DNA from: an uncultured Clostridiaceae bacterium
Lineage (GTDB): Bacteria; Bacillota; Clostridia; TANB77; CAG-508
Reading direction: 5' to 3'
Assembly: GCA_947167695.1 (NCBI GenBank)
Contig: CAMVIX010000004.1
Location: 1-51,304, forward strand
DNA: 51,304 nucleotides
Numbering within the stretch: position 1 is the first letter of the stretch; the number at the start of each line of letters is the position of its first letter. The notes beneath the pieces are model-generated. The model worked only from the letters and a program-made list of their open reading frames with translations, searched no databases and had not been told where the DNA came from. The translations under genes were made by a program, and so were the position numbers. This document shows positions 19,601 to 28,858 of the stretch, piece after piece.

Positions 19601-21572
19601 GTACATATGTAGCTGTTGTTGCTGTTCCATCTGCTAATTTTTGTAAAGATTCTGCTGTTGGTACAGGATTTCTTGAAACATCTACTGGTTCTGCATTTAC
19701 TTTTGTTATAAATTTTCTAAGGCTTAAGTCAAACCATTGTAATACAAGTGGCTCATAATCATCATCATCTTGTTGCCATGAAGAATTGTCTTCTGGTATT
19801 TCTTCAGTTTCATATTTGTCTAAATCTACATTGTTTGGTACCGAATCTCTATCTGTTACTTCATTTCCTCTTGCATCTGAATCATCAGTGATTTCAGCAA
19901 CATTTCTTAAAACTCTATTAGATGTATTAGGTTCTACTACTTCAAATACAACCTTAATATCCTTATAGTCTAATGTTTTTGTGTCTTTATTAAATTTCTT
20001 TATTAAATTTTCATCATCTAGTTCGTTATATTTTAAGTAATGTGTGGTGATTTTTGTTTCGTCTTCAGATAGCTCCCACATATAGTCCTGATTTGTTTTA
20101 TTTGTTGTTACAAATTTTAATCCCTCTGGAATATAGTCTGTTACTTCTGATGCATATCCATCTATTTCACCTTCATTAAATACGCGAATTGTATATGTAA
20201 CTAGGTCTCCTGTTTTTACCAAAAGCGGATTTTTTGGATGTACATATGTAGCTGTTGTTGCTGTTCCATCTGCTAATTTTTGTAAAGATTCTGCTGTTGG
20301 TATTGGCTCTCTTGATACATCTAGTGCTCTTGCATTTACTTGTGTTATAAATTTTCTTAAAGATAAATCAAATAATGGTCTCTTAACTATGACTTCTTTT
20401 ACAATTTCAACTTCCTGTGGTTCTTTTTCTGGTATTACAACTGGCTGTTCTGTAGCATAGTTATCACTATGAGTCCATAAAGTTGCTTTTGTTGAAGTAT
20501 AGCTTAATTTTAACTTTAATTTTATTTTTGAAATTGTAGTGTTTGTTGTAGGAATTGCTATATAAAAGTCTTCTCCTAATAGTGTTTTATCTATATTTGT
20601 ACTTTCAAGTACATTCTTTGTAGAGTTTAGTAAGGAGTAACCTGTTACTGCATTTCCATTTTGATCTAGAACTTGTGCATTTATTGTATATGGTAACTTG
20701 GTATGATTTGTTTCATTAAAATTATATGGGCCTGCTACAAAGCATTCTACATCATTAATTGTTTCAATATTTGTTATTGTATCATCAGCAGGTGTAGTAA
20801 AGCTAATATTAGGAACTTTCAATGCTTTTTTATCACCTGTTCCGTATACTGCTTGATTAGCCTTAGCAGATGTTATAAAGTATGTATATAATTTTTTCAT
20901 ATCATTATAACGTCTCGCATCATAGTCAATTCCATTATCAGCTAGCAAATGATCCATCTGCGTTCCATTTAATGCAATTGACGGAAAGTTTTCTGGCTCA
21001 TAGTGATAATGTGCGTTATCTGATGAAAAATACCATAGTGCCATCTGTTGTACAGTTTCAATATCATTATCTGTTAAAACATTTCTTGTAATTCCAGCTG
21101 CATCATAAAGCATTTGTTTTGTAAGCTCTTTACTTGCTTGTGGAGTTTGTTTTGGCAAATACATATTGTCTAATATCCACAATATAGAGTTGTATTTTGC
21201 TTGGTCTGAAATTATATCTCTATATTTATCTTCTAGTCCTGTCTTATCCTTCATATTGAAAGAAAAGTTGTATTCTTTTCTGTCGTTTCCAGCTGTAGTA
21301 GCACTTCCAAATCCTATTTCTGGATTAACACAATAAATAGGGTAATCGTATTTTGCAGTATCGCCTGCATTCATGCTATCATAGCTTACGATTTTCCATA
21401 TCGTTTTTTGTGGGTCTAAATTTGTTAGAGTATAAGTTTCGTTTCCCTCACGAGCTCCTACAATGTTTAAAAACATTGAATCTGACGCAAATGATTGCAC
21501 AGCAATAAAGACTGCTAAAAATGCAATCATAAAAGTTGTAACTGCAGCCACAATTTTTGTTTTACTTTTCAT
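16698..21572 (-). CDS. Surface adhesin (1624 aa): N-terminal Cys-Gln thioester domain, six ~200-aa DUF11-like Ig repeats, C-terminal anchor
   Basis: Signal peptide; PIYCVNPE and VQQMALWYF thioester-domain motifs; six FDLSLRKFIT...TYTIRVFNEG...NIAEI repeats with acidic DxDSxP/DDDD loops; IRTG, TM and KK tail. Confidence 0.8.
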   Translation of the reverse strand: MKSKTKIVAAVTTFMIAFLAVFIAVQSFASDSMFLNIVGAREGNETYTLTNLDPQKTIWKIVSYDSMNAGDTAKYDYPIYCVNPEIGFGSATTAGNDRKEYNFSFNMKDKTGLEDKYRDIISDQAKYNSILWILDNMYLPKQTPQASKELTKQMLYDAAGITRNVLTDNDIETVQQMALWYFSSDNAHYHYEPENFPSIALNGTQMDHLLADNGIDYDARRYNDMKKLYTYFITSAKANQAVYGTGDKKALKVPNISFTTPADDTITNIETINDVECFVAGPYNFNETNHTKLPYTINAQVLDQNGNAVTGYSLLNSTKNVLESTNIDKTLLGEDFYIAIPTTNTTISKIKLKLKLSYTSTKATLWTHSDNYATEQPVVIPEKEPQEVEIVKEVIVKRPLFDLSLRKFITQVNARALDVSREPIPTAESLQKLADGTATTATYVHPKNPLLVKTGDLVTYTIRVFNEGEIDGYASEVTDYIPEGLKFVTTNKTNQDYMWELSEDETKITTHYLKYNELDDENLIKKFNKDTKTLDYKDIKVVFEVVEPNTSNRVLRNVAEITDDSDARGNEVTDRDSVPNNVDLDKYETEEIPEDNSSWQQDDDDYEPLVLQWFDLSLRKFITKVNAEPVDVSRNPVPTAESLQKLADGTATTATYVHPKNPLLVKTGDLVTYTIRVFNEGEIDGYAEEITDYIPEGLKFVEENETNKKYKWELSEDGKKITTSYLKFIEGESENLIKKFDKDAKALSYKDVEVVCEVTEPNTSNRTLRNIAEISKDLDENGKEVEDIDSTPNNVDLDKYENDTIPQDNSSWQEDDDDFEPLILKPEEKPFDLSLRKFITKVNNTNITTRVPKPTNESLNKLAAGTVTTASYEHPKDPILVKTGDIVTYTIRIYNEGEVAGFAEEITDNIPEGLKFVVDNETNKEYMWKLSEDGKKITTNYLSKAVSEDNLIAKFNKDAKTLDYRDVKVAFEVIEPNSSDRTLINIAEISEDSDESGNPVEDRDSVPDNNKDKEDDIDKEYLVLGNFDLSLRKFITKINSTEITNRIPRVDVSGLSDGTKHTATYTHPKDPIVVKNGDTVVYTIRVYNEGKQDGTATQITDYIPEGLRFVENSTINETYKWEVSEDGKTITTDYLANKEIKAFNKETKVLDYKDVLVEFYVTEPNTSERILRNIAEITNDSGDDEDSTPKNVDLDKYENEEIPEDNSSWQEDDDDYEQIKLQYFDLALRKFITKINSEDVTTRYPVVTMGEDENLKYTHPKDPILVANSDTVIYTIRVFNEGNTAGYAKEVTDDIPEGLAYLPKHEINTKYEWKLAEDGKTVSTDYLSKEKSDEREEDNLLKAFDKTAEIADGNPDYRDLQIAFKVTETNLASNRIIINTAEITDDSDENGNDIVDEDSTPNNNKPGEDDIDKEYLKVKYFDLSLLKWVSKAIVTENGQTTETNTGHTGLENPEPTVKVDLDRKNLNDVTVKFEYTIKVTNEGEIEGYAKEVSDYIPEGLKFVKEDNPGWEEKDGKIVTRKLENTLLKPGQSATVTVILTWINDGENVGLKVNIAEISEDYNEHGSKDIDSTPNNKKDGEDDIDDAPVILTIRTGIEPSYIILTVISITIFAIGIALIKKYVLK

Positions 21573-21613
21573 AATCCCCTTACCATCCTTTTAAATTTTT
21601 ATTTATATATTTT

Positions 21614-21643
21614 ATTTTACTACTTATATTAAAGATATGTCAA
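21614..21643 (-). promoter_or_regulatory. SigA-type promoter of the adhesin gene
   Basis: TTGACA-18 bp-TAAAAT. Confidence 0.5.
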
Positions 21644-21889
21644 TAGGCTATTTTATGGTTTTTTTTTGTGTTTTTTTTTATCATTTCTGTCTTCCTTACG
21701 GAAACTCATATTCAAAAAGTTCTTTTTCAATTTAAGGCTTATATTACAATTATATTACATTTTTTGTGTAAAATCAACATAATCTGTTAATTTTTTTACT
21801 GTTTTCCTTCACCTATTATACTATTTACCATATCTGTTTAGATATCTTGTAGTCTTTAGTAATATATAATCTTGACGTAAAACCACAAG

Positions 21890-22095
21890 AAAGACAATCC
21901 TTTCGGATTGTCTTTCCCGTTGGAGGCGCCACCCGGAATCGCCAAAGGCCGCCGCCTTAAAAACAGTCCACTGGACTGTTTTTTTCTTCACTTCGTTCAG
22001 ACACAGGCTTTCGATTCCTCCATCAAATTGCCGCTCCAACAGAAAAGACAATCCTTTCGGATTGTCTTTCCCGTTGGAGGCGCCACCCGGAATCG
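21890..22095. repeat. 52-bp direct repeat (21890-21941 and 22044-22095) of the tRNA-Cys 3' end plus terminator hairpin, enclosing a ~100-bp palindromic insert
   Basis: AAAGACAATCCTTTCGGATTGTCTTTCCCGTTGGAGGCGCCACCCGGAATCG occurs twice; insert contains AAAAACAGTCCACTGGACTGTTTTT. Confidence 0.85.
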
Positions 22096-22148
22096 AACCG
22101 GGGATCAGAGTTTTGCAGACTCGTGCCTTACCGCTTGGCTATAGCGCC
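22075..22148 (-). tRNA. tRNA-Cys(GCA)
   Basis: GGCGCTA...CT GCA AA...GGTTCGATTCC...TGGCGCC T CCA cloverleaf, 74 nt. Confidence 0.95.
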
Positions 22149-22173
22149 GTGTTAAGAAAATGTTGAGAAAAAG

Positions 22174-22247
22174 GTGAGAAAAAGGGACGGTTCTCTTTTC
22201 TCATTTTTTTGAAAGAATTGAGAAAAGAGAACCGTCCCCTTTTCTCA
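22174..22247. repeat. REP-like palindrome GAGAAAAAGGGACGGTTCTC...GAGAACCGTCCCCTTTTCTC between the two tRNAs
   Basis: Long imperfect inverted repeat; GGGAC...GTCCC core shared with the other repeat families. Confidence 0.75.
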
Positions 22248-22251
22248 GTCA

Positions 22252-22327
22252 TGGAGCGGGAAACGGGGCTCAAACCCGCGACCTCTACCTTGGCAAGGTA
22301 GCGCTCTATCAACTGAGCTATTCCCGC
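22252..22327 (-). tRNA. tRNA-Gly(GCC) with non-canonical A19 and U56
   Basis: GCGGGAA TA GCTC AGTTGATA GAGC G CTACC TTGCCAA GGTAG AGGTC GCGGG TTTGAGC CCCGT TTCCCGC T CCA, 76 nt. Confidence 0.95.
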
Positions 22328-22348
22328 ATATAAAATTAGAACAATAAT

Positions 22349-22377
22349 AGAATAACAAAAAAATAACAGAATGTCAA
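22349..22377 (-). promoter_or_regulatory. SigA-type promoter of the tRNA-Gly/tRNA-Cys operon
   Basis: TTGACA-17 bp-TATTCT with TG extension. Confidence 0.65.
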
Positions 22378-22393
22378 GTATTTATACGAAAAA

Positions 22394-23668
22394 TTATTGC
22401 TGTAATAGATGCGTGCCGTTTGGCGATACACGCCACTGTATAGTTTTAAATGTTTTCCAAATAGAGTACCAATAATCTTCTGGCTCTTTTTTATATATAG
22501 TATGCGGCAAGGTAAGCTTTAATTCTAGAATTTTCTCATTTCCTATGTATATTTCTGCTGTACCAATTTGCGTATCTTTAAATACTGGAGCTTCTAGTGC
22601 TTTCTGGCACTCGATTTTTATTTTTATATCTTCTTCTTTTCCTTTTTTCACTGGGTATTTATCAAATAATATTTGTTCTATTTGTGGAGCAATGAATTGC
22701 TCTTTTCCTTTTATTATTTCAACACTATTTTGGCTTTTCCACTCTTTAAAAGTTTTATTTATCCTTTCTTTCAAATCTATTTGAGAATAATTTGCAAATG
22801 CATATTCTAAAACTTTTATACTATCTTTCGTTCTAAATCTCTTTGTATCTGCTCCAAGCACAACAGAAATAAGATTCATGTCATTTCTTACACATGAAAC
22901 TACTAAGCATCTACCTGCATTGTTGGTGAATCCTGTTTTTACACCATTTACTCCATTTAAGACACCTAGGAGCTCATTTGTATTATTTATATTTTTTTGA
23001 TACCCATTTATTAAGATACTTTTTGTCTTTGTACCTACTATTTGCTTAAATTTTTGATTATTTAATGCATAATCAGTAAGCAAAGCAAGCTCATAAGCAG
23101 TTGTATAATGCTCATCATTATCTAAACCATGTGGAGTTACAAAATGAGTTTCTTTTAATCCTATTTCTTTGGCTTTGCTATTCATTAGAATACTAAATCC
23201 TTCATAGCTTCCTCCAATTGTTTGTGCTATTTGCGCAGCAGCATCATTTCCAGAGCATAACATTAATCCGTATAGCAAATCAATCATAGTAATTTTATCC
23301 CCCGCAGACAATCCAAGCCTTGAGCCCCCTACTGCTGCTGCTTGCTTTGATACTACTATTGTTTCATCTAACTTGCTACTTTCCAGGGCAATAATACATG
23401 TCATAATTTTAGTCGTACTTGCCATAGCACGCCTATCATTTTCATTTTTTCCATATAGTATTTTTTTAGACTCTCTGTCTATCACAACCACTGCTTTGGA
23501 ATTTAAGTTTAGCTCCTTACTTGGTTCAGCAACTGTTTGTAAAATTTCCTTTTGTACTTCCTCAGCATCTATTATATCGTCATCTTCCTCAAACTCATCT
23601 GCAAAAACTGCATTATTAAAAAGCAGCATAAATACAGTCAAAATAATAATACAAATTTTTCTCTTCAC
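22394..23668 (-). CDS. D-alanyl-D-alanine carboxypeptidase (peptidase S11, DacB/DacF-like)
   Basis: Signal peptide; ASTTK (SxxK), SGND (SxN), HFVTPHGLD and KTGFT motifs. Confidence 0.9.
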   Translation of the reverse strand: MKRKICIIILTVFMLLFNNAVFADEFEEDDDIIDAEEVQKEILQTVAEPSKELNLNSKAVVVIDRESKKILYGKNENDRRAMASTTKIMTCIIALESSKLDETIVVSKQAAAVGGSRLGLSAGDKITMIDLLYGLMLCSGNDAAAQIAQTIGGSYEGFSILMNSKAKEIGLKETHFVTPHGLDNDEHYTTAYELALLTDYALNNQKFKQIVGTKTKSILINGYQKNINNTNELLGVLNGVNGVKTGFTNNAGRCLVVSCVRNDMNLISVVLGADTKRFRTKDSIKVLEYAFANYSQIDLKERINKTFKEWKSQNSVEIIKGKEQFIAPQIEQILFDKYPVKKGKEEDIKIKIECQKALEAPVFKDTQIGTAEIYIGNEKILELKLTLPHTIYKKEPEDYWYSIWKTFKTIQWRVSPNGTHLLQQ

Positions 23669-23707
23669 TTAAAATCACCCTTTTCACAAGATGTGTCCCC
23701 ATTGTCC

Positions 23708-24476
23708 TCACCTACCAATGAACATTTGGACATAGAGTTTGCCGTATTTAGGGCTACTTACTACTGCTAGGCCTGTGTAGTTGTAGCTGGTGTTTAATAT
23801 GTTTGCCCTGTGGCCGTGATGAGTTCATCCATGCATTTACTGCTCCGCTATTTGTGCTGTTTCCTGCTATGTTTTCTCCGGCTGTTTTGTAAGTTATTCC
23901 ATAGTTTTTAAGCATATCAAATGGTGAACCATATGTTGGAGATGTATGACTAAAATAGCCACTTTCTACCATGTCTTTTGCTTTTACTCTTGCTACATTT
24001 TGGACTTCGTCATCTACAATTAATACTTGCAATCCCGCTGCCGTTCTTTGCTTATTTATTAAATCTAGTGTTTCTTTTTCGTCTTTTGTAAGTCCTACTG
24101 TACCTGTTGTTTTGGCAGTATTGTTTGTGCTTGTGTTCTGATTTGTTGTACTTGCCTGATTTGGGTAAATTGGTTTTACATAGTCTGTACTTACTGCTCC
24201 AATATAATCACTATCTGTTTGTATTACATACCAGTTTCCAACCTTTGCAAATACACGTATGTATTCATTTTTATAAACTTGGTTTACGACATTATATGTA
24301 GTTCCTGGTCCTGATCTTACATTTAATGTTGTTGCTGTCACTAAGCCTGTTACGAAATCTGTTTTTTCATAATAACGCATTCCAACCGAATATGTGCAAA
24401 ATAATAATAGCAATAATAAAAGAATTGTGAATATCCAAAGTAATTTTCCTTTGAATTTTGAAAAAATGTGAAACAT
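23708..24476 (-). CDS. SH3b plus CAP (YkwD-like) secreted protein, 255 aa with one +1 shift at CGG 23816
   Basis: LNVRSGPGT SH3b; YFSHTSPTYGSPFDML, AGENIA; junction TCA C GGC restores WMNSS-GHRANILNTSYNYTGLAV...YVQMFIGR* (stop 23708-23710). Confidence 0.85.
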
Positions 24477-24561
24477 ATCTATTCCTCCTTAAAAATTTAT
24501 TTAGTAGATTGTTCCCACTTTTTTCTATTTTATTCACAATTCTTAAAAAAATGTACAAAAC

Positions 24562-24643
24562 GTGAGCCAAAGGGGACACACCTCGGCCTCGGAATGTCCC
24601 CTGGTTGGCTCACGCCAAGTATTTGAATCGATTTTTTCTATAA
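24562..24643. repeat. REP-like hairpin GTGAGCCAAAGGGGACA...TGTCCCCTGGTTGGCTCAC plus conserved spacer
   Basis: Same family as 12877, 13718, 13810 and 49895. Confidence 0.8.
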
Positions 24644-24659
24644 TACTGTTCCATTGATT

Positions 24660-27384
24660 TTAGTCTAATCCATCTTCGTAGTCTCCCATATCTTTAAACA
24701 TAGCTTTTTCTGTTTCTTTTACTCCTGCTGTGTTTAGTGAATCCATATATACCCTCATGTGCTCTGCCATATTTCTTTCTGATGGATCTTTTAGGTCTTC
24801 TATATTTGAATGAAGTAGCCTCTGCATTTCCTTTTTTCTACCCTCTTTTGTGTTTATGCCCTTGTATTTTGCATAATCTTCATATGCATCAAGCATCCTG
24901 TTCTTTTTCTTATCTAGTTGATATTTCAATCTTGCATTGTCAACGCTCTTTTTAGTTGAATTATATGCACTAGCTGCACCACTGGCTGCTGTGCCCTCTC
25001 CTGTTAATCCATAGCCTATAGCTGCACTTACCATTCTTCCACCGTATATTTCTTGCTGTTTTCCCAGTATTTGCATCCCATGCTTTTTTTAAATCATCTT
25101 TAAAGATTTGGCCTTGCGTAGGTTTACCGCTACCTGCTTGTGATGGCTGATTTTGTGCAGGTTGCAAGTTTGGCTGATTTTGCACAGGTACACTTGTTGC
25201 GTTGCTTGGAAGCCCATCTGGACCTCTCATATTCTTTATAGCGCTTGCTTTTTCTCCGGCATTTTTTGGATCGACTCCTTTGCCGTATTTTGCAATTCTT
25301 CCTCCTACTTTTTGTGCATTTTTAAGCATTGTAGCACCTAATACTGCTGCCGAACCCAAGCTCTTTGTTTCAAAACCGAAAATTTCTTTTACAATATCTT
25401 CAGATTTAAACATAAATCCTAGCATTATTATTGCTACGAATATTTTTCCTATTTGCAATACTCCTACAGAATTGTTTATTACTGCAAATATATTTTGTAA
25501 AAATACCATATATATTATGCAGTGGAAAGGTTGAATTAATATGTTAAATACAAATTCTTTAAACCATTTACCAAGAGCTTGTGCTCTACCATCTCCAGCT
25601 TTGTCTATCGAATAAGTTACTGTTATTATTGGTGCTATCATAACTAGGAAGCATAGTGTTATAAACCTTTTTATGTATATAACTAGAAATGCTAATGTCA
25701 TTGCAACAAGCATTACATATAAAAGTGCTGAGCCCATACCTTTGGAGAAAAATGGGCTAAAGGATTCTCCTAATAATTTAGATTGTATGTCTGTTCCTTG
25801 TATTGCATCAGTTACCGCTCCTGTAACAGGGTCTGTAATATTACCAATATTCGATATTGTATTCATTTCCTGCGTTATTTGTGTTTCCTGAGTTTGCCTT
25901 GCCTTATCTAATACGTCTATAATTCCATTATTTAGCTGGATTACAAAAATAATAATATAATGCAAAACAAATAATAATGCAAACCCTACCAGCCAGTCTT
26001 TAAGCATTTTTTGATATTTTGTTCTTTCATCTGCAACACTTGAAATTGCCATTCTAATTCCAATATATATTAGAACTGCAAGTGCAAGCGCTATGCATAA
26101 TACTCTTATTGAATAATACCAGCCAGCAACATTTCTTCTTATTTCAAGTAATGGATTAAAGCTATCAGTGTTTAGGTCTGATCCAGCTGCTGTATCAAAA
26201 TTAAATATATCTATGTCTAGTATTGGTAGCTTATTAAAGAATATATCGTCCAAGGTGATCCATGCAAAGCTCTTGTTGTTTCCAATGTTTGCAAGCAATG
26301 ATTCTGAAAGCTGTATTATAGCACCTGGAACTATTATTAGTAATAGTTTAAATTTATATGTAAGTATCCCTGCTAAAGCATCTCCTGTAATGGAGAATAA
26401 ATTAAATATAGCATCAACTGTTGTAGTTGTATTTCCTAAAGCTCTTTCTATCCATGAAACTACATAACTATAAAGACTTCCTAGAAATGTTTCTCTGTCC
26501 TCTGTTGGTCTAATTTTATTTGCAATTTCTATTATCTTTTCGTAGAATTCTCCACTTGTGCTACTTGCGAGTCCTAAAAAGTAATTTTTTAAATTTTGTA
26601 GCCTAGTTGCCTCATCTAAGTCTTTCCATTCTTCTTCTTTTTGTACTTTAAGTGCACTTAATTCATTGTTTAACATTTGTTTTGCTTGATCTAAAGTTAT
26701 AGTGCTTTCATCTATTACTTTATATAGCGACTCTATATATTCGTGCTCGCTTACAACACTATTTACAATATTTTCTACCCTATCCTTATCTACATAGTTA
26801 TAGTCTATATTTAGCTTAATATCGTTTATAACAATGTTTTCCCAATCATTTCTAAATCTTTCTAAAAAATTGGCTCTTTCCTCATCAGTATTATATTTAT
26901 CTAATTCATTTTCTACCCATTGTCTTATTGAACTTTGTATTTCACCTTCTGTAAGAGGTGCATCTGGTATAACAACAGTAGGTACTGGTTCTTCTTCTGT
27001 TTGAAGTTTGTCCTTGTACTCGTCTATATAATTGTCTAAATTAATACTACCAATGTAGCTTCTAGCAGCCCCATCATAGCTACTTGGATCTAGTTCTTGA
27101 TTTATCAAAAGATTTTTAAATTCTACTGCAACTTCTCTACTATCTGTTGTAAAATTGTATGAATTTAAAGCAATATTAACCTGGTTTTTAATTTCATCTT
27201 CATTTAACCCATTTTTATATAGCTCATCTATCTTTTCATAAACCAATAAATCAATCACTTCATGCAATTTCTGTTCAATTTCATTAGAGCTTAAAGCAGC
27301 AAATACTATTCTCGGGAATATGCTATTTATAAGTATTAATGCTGTTAATATTGAAATAATTGCTTTTTTTGTTATTGTTTTCAT
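24660..27384 (-). CDS. VirB6/TrbL-like multi-TM protein, paralogue 5 (~907 aa with +1 shift at CGG 25044)
   Basis: Signal peptide, long helical N-terminal extension, shared core (IFFN...VAGWYY..R...YIGIRMAIS...Y..ML.DW...IYIKR...APIITVTYSIDK...WFKEFVFNILIQPFH); junction ATA C GGT. Confidence 0.65.
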
Positions 27385-27396
27385 ATTCCCTCCTTA

Positions 27397-28341
27397 CTAC
27401 AATGTTACTTCTGCACTATACATATCTACAGCATTTTCTAATTCCTGCTGTTTTAAATTTTCATCTTCAGAGTATGAGCGTAAAACTCTTATATTGTTAA
27501 ATCTTATTGCTGTTGATTTTATTCCTTCATCAAAAAATTTTGTAAAGCTAATTGGTATTGATACAGTATCTCCTGGGCTAATATGTATGCTTGTCCAGTT
27601 TTCATCAACTGCTCTGTTTATCGTTCCATTTGCTGTGATTAATTCTATTTCTCCACGTTCTCCATTTTCTGATATAACTATATCATATTCAGTTTTATTT
27701 TTAAACTGTACGGTATAAATTTCATTATCAAAGCTTGTGTATTTTTTTGCTATGCTTATCTTAATATACTTATCGTCATATAAGCCATTTTGATTTTCTT
27801 CTGAAATATAGCCTTTTACTCCCATTGAGAGCTTTCCATCTTTTTCTGTAAAGGATATTTTTTCTTCAAAGTATTTAAATGAACTACTATATGTAAGGCC
27901 TGTTGCCATTATGTCTTCAAATATTCTTAGCCTGTAAATATATACATTGTCTCTATTTGAGTAATTTTTTATTGTGTATAATCTCTTGCTGCTAAATACA
28001 TAATCCACATATGCCTTGAAACTGTCTAAATCTGGGTAAATTTTGTCTCTGCATGGCTTACTTATCATGTTATATGCTTTTTCGTATTCTTTCCTATTGC
28101 AATACCCTATATATTCATCAATAATACTTTCTATATCATCTTGCCATTTTTCTGGCATTGTTTGTCCGTTATCTATTACAGGCTTATAAACTTCAAATGT
28201 TGTAAATGGCACATCATTTTTCGTATTTGTAAGAATTTGACTAATTACAATCAATATCCCCCAAAATATTAGAAATAAGATTATATGATATTTGTATTTT
28301 TTTAAAAAGTTTATAATCTTTAGTCTCAAGTCTGTAAACAT
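27397..28341 (-). CDS. Single-TM protein with NTF2-like segment (possible VirB8-like T4SS component)
   Basis: N-terminal TM; YIGYCNRKEYEKAYNMIS helix pair; within the T4SS-like operon. Confidence 0.5.
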   Translation of the reverse strand: MFTDLRLKIINFLKKYKYHIILFLIFWGILIVISQILTNTKNDVPFTTFEVYKPVIDNGQTMPEKWQDDIESIIDEYIGYCNRKEYEKAYNMISKPCRDKIYPDLDSFKAYVDYVFSSKRLYTIKNYSNRDNVYIYRLRIFEDIMATGLTYSSSFKYFEEKISFTEKDGKLSMGVKGYISEENQNGLYDDKYIKISIAKKYTSFDNEIYTVQFKNKTEYDIVISENGERGEIELITANGTINRAVDENWTSIHISPGDTVSIPISFTKFFDEGIKSTAIRFNNIRVLRSYSEDENLKQQELENAVDMYSAEVTL

Positions 28342-28345
28342 AATT

Positions 28346-28858
28346 TTACCTTCCTTTTACTTGAAATGAAATTTGGTATTCGTTTAATCCAGTCTCATGA
28401 ATAATAAACATCTGGTTTATTGTAGTTAAAGGCTCCTCTAAATTTGTTATTGTTACTGTTAGAATATAGTATGCTCCCTGCCTTTGTATATCTTCGTATT
28501 CAACTGCCATTAAGCTAGAGTAGTTTTGTTTTGCATATTGTTTAAAGCCTTCTTCTGTTTCGAAAAAGTTTTCTCTAAATTCAGGATATAGCTTGTTGTA
28601 TGCTTTCCCATACTCACCTTTTTCGAGGTTTTTAATGAATTCTGCAAGATATACTTGCATTCTTTCTTTTTCTCCGCGATTCCTTACGCGTTCTGTAACC
28701 ACTGTATTGTCATCTGTTTGTACTGTCTTTATCTCTTCTGGTTTTTCTTCCTTAGTTTCTTTTTTCAAAATTCCTATGAGGAGGAGCAATATTGCAATCG
28801 CTATTAAAAATATAATTAATATTATTCTTATACTTTTTTTACTCAGCTTCATTTTCAC
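28346..28858 (-). CDS. Single-TM protein, NTF2-like, related to the neighbouring gene
   Basis: N-terminal TM; FIKNLEKGEYGKAYNKL...F..Y resembles the motif in 27397-28341. Confidence 0.55.
   Translation of the reverse strand: MKMKLSKKSIRIILIIFLIAIAILLLLIGILKKETKEEKPEEIKTVQTDDNTVVTERVRNRGEKERMQVYLAEFIKNLEKGEYGKAYNKLYPEFRENFFETEEGFKQYAKQNYSSLMAVEYEDIQRQGAYYILTVTITNLEEPLTTINQMFIIHETGLNEYQISFQVKGR

Noticed and set aside
21821-22144. ORFs 21821-22051 and 21908-22144
   Set aside because: They overlap tRNA-Cys and its duplicated 3' end.
22285-22301. tRNA-Gly as a quadruplet-anticodon frameshift suppressor
   Set aside because: The anticodon loop is a standard 7 nt (TTGCCAA).
22394-22445. Possible frameshift in the odd C-terminal tail of the carboxypeptidase (QWRVSPNGTHLLQQ)
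   Set aside because: No in-frame CGG, and alternative frames give no better ending.
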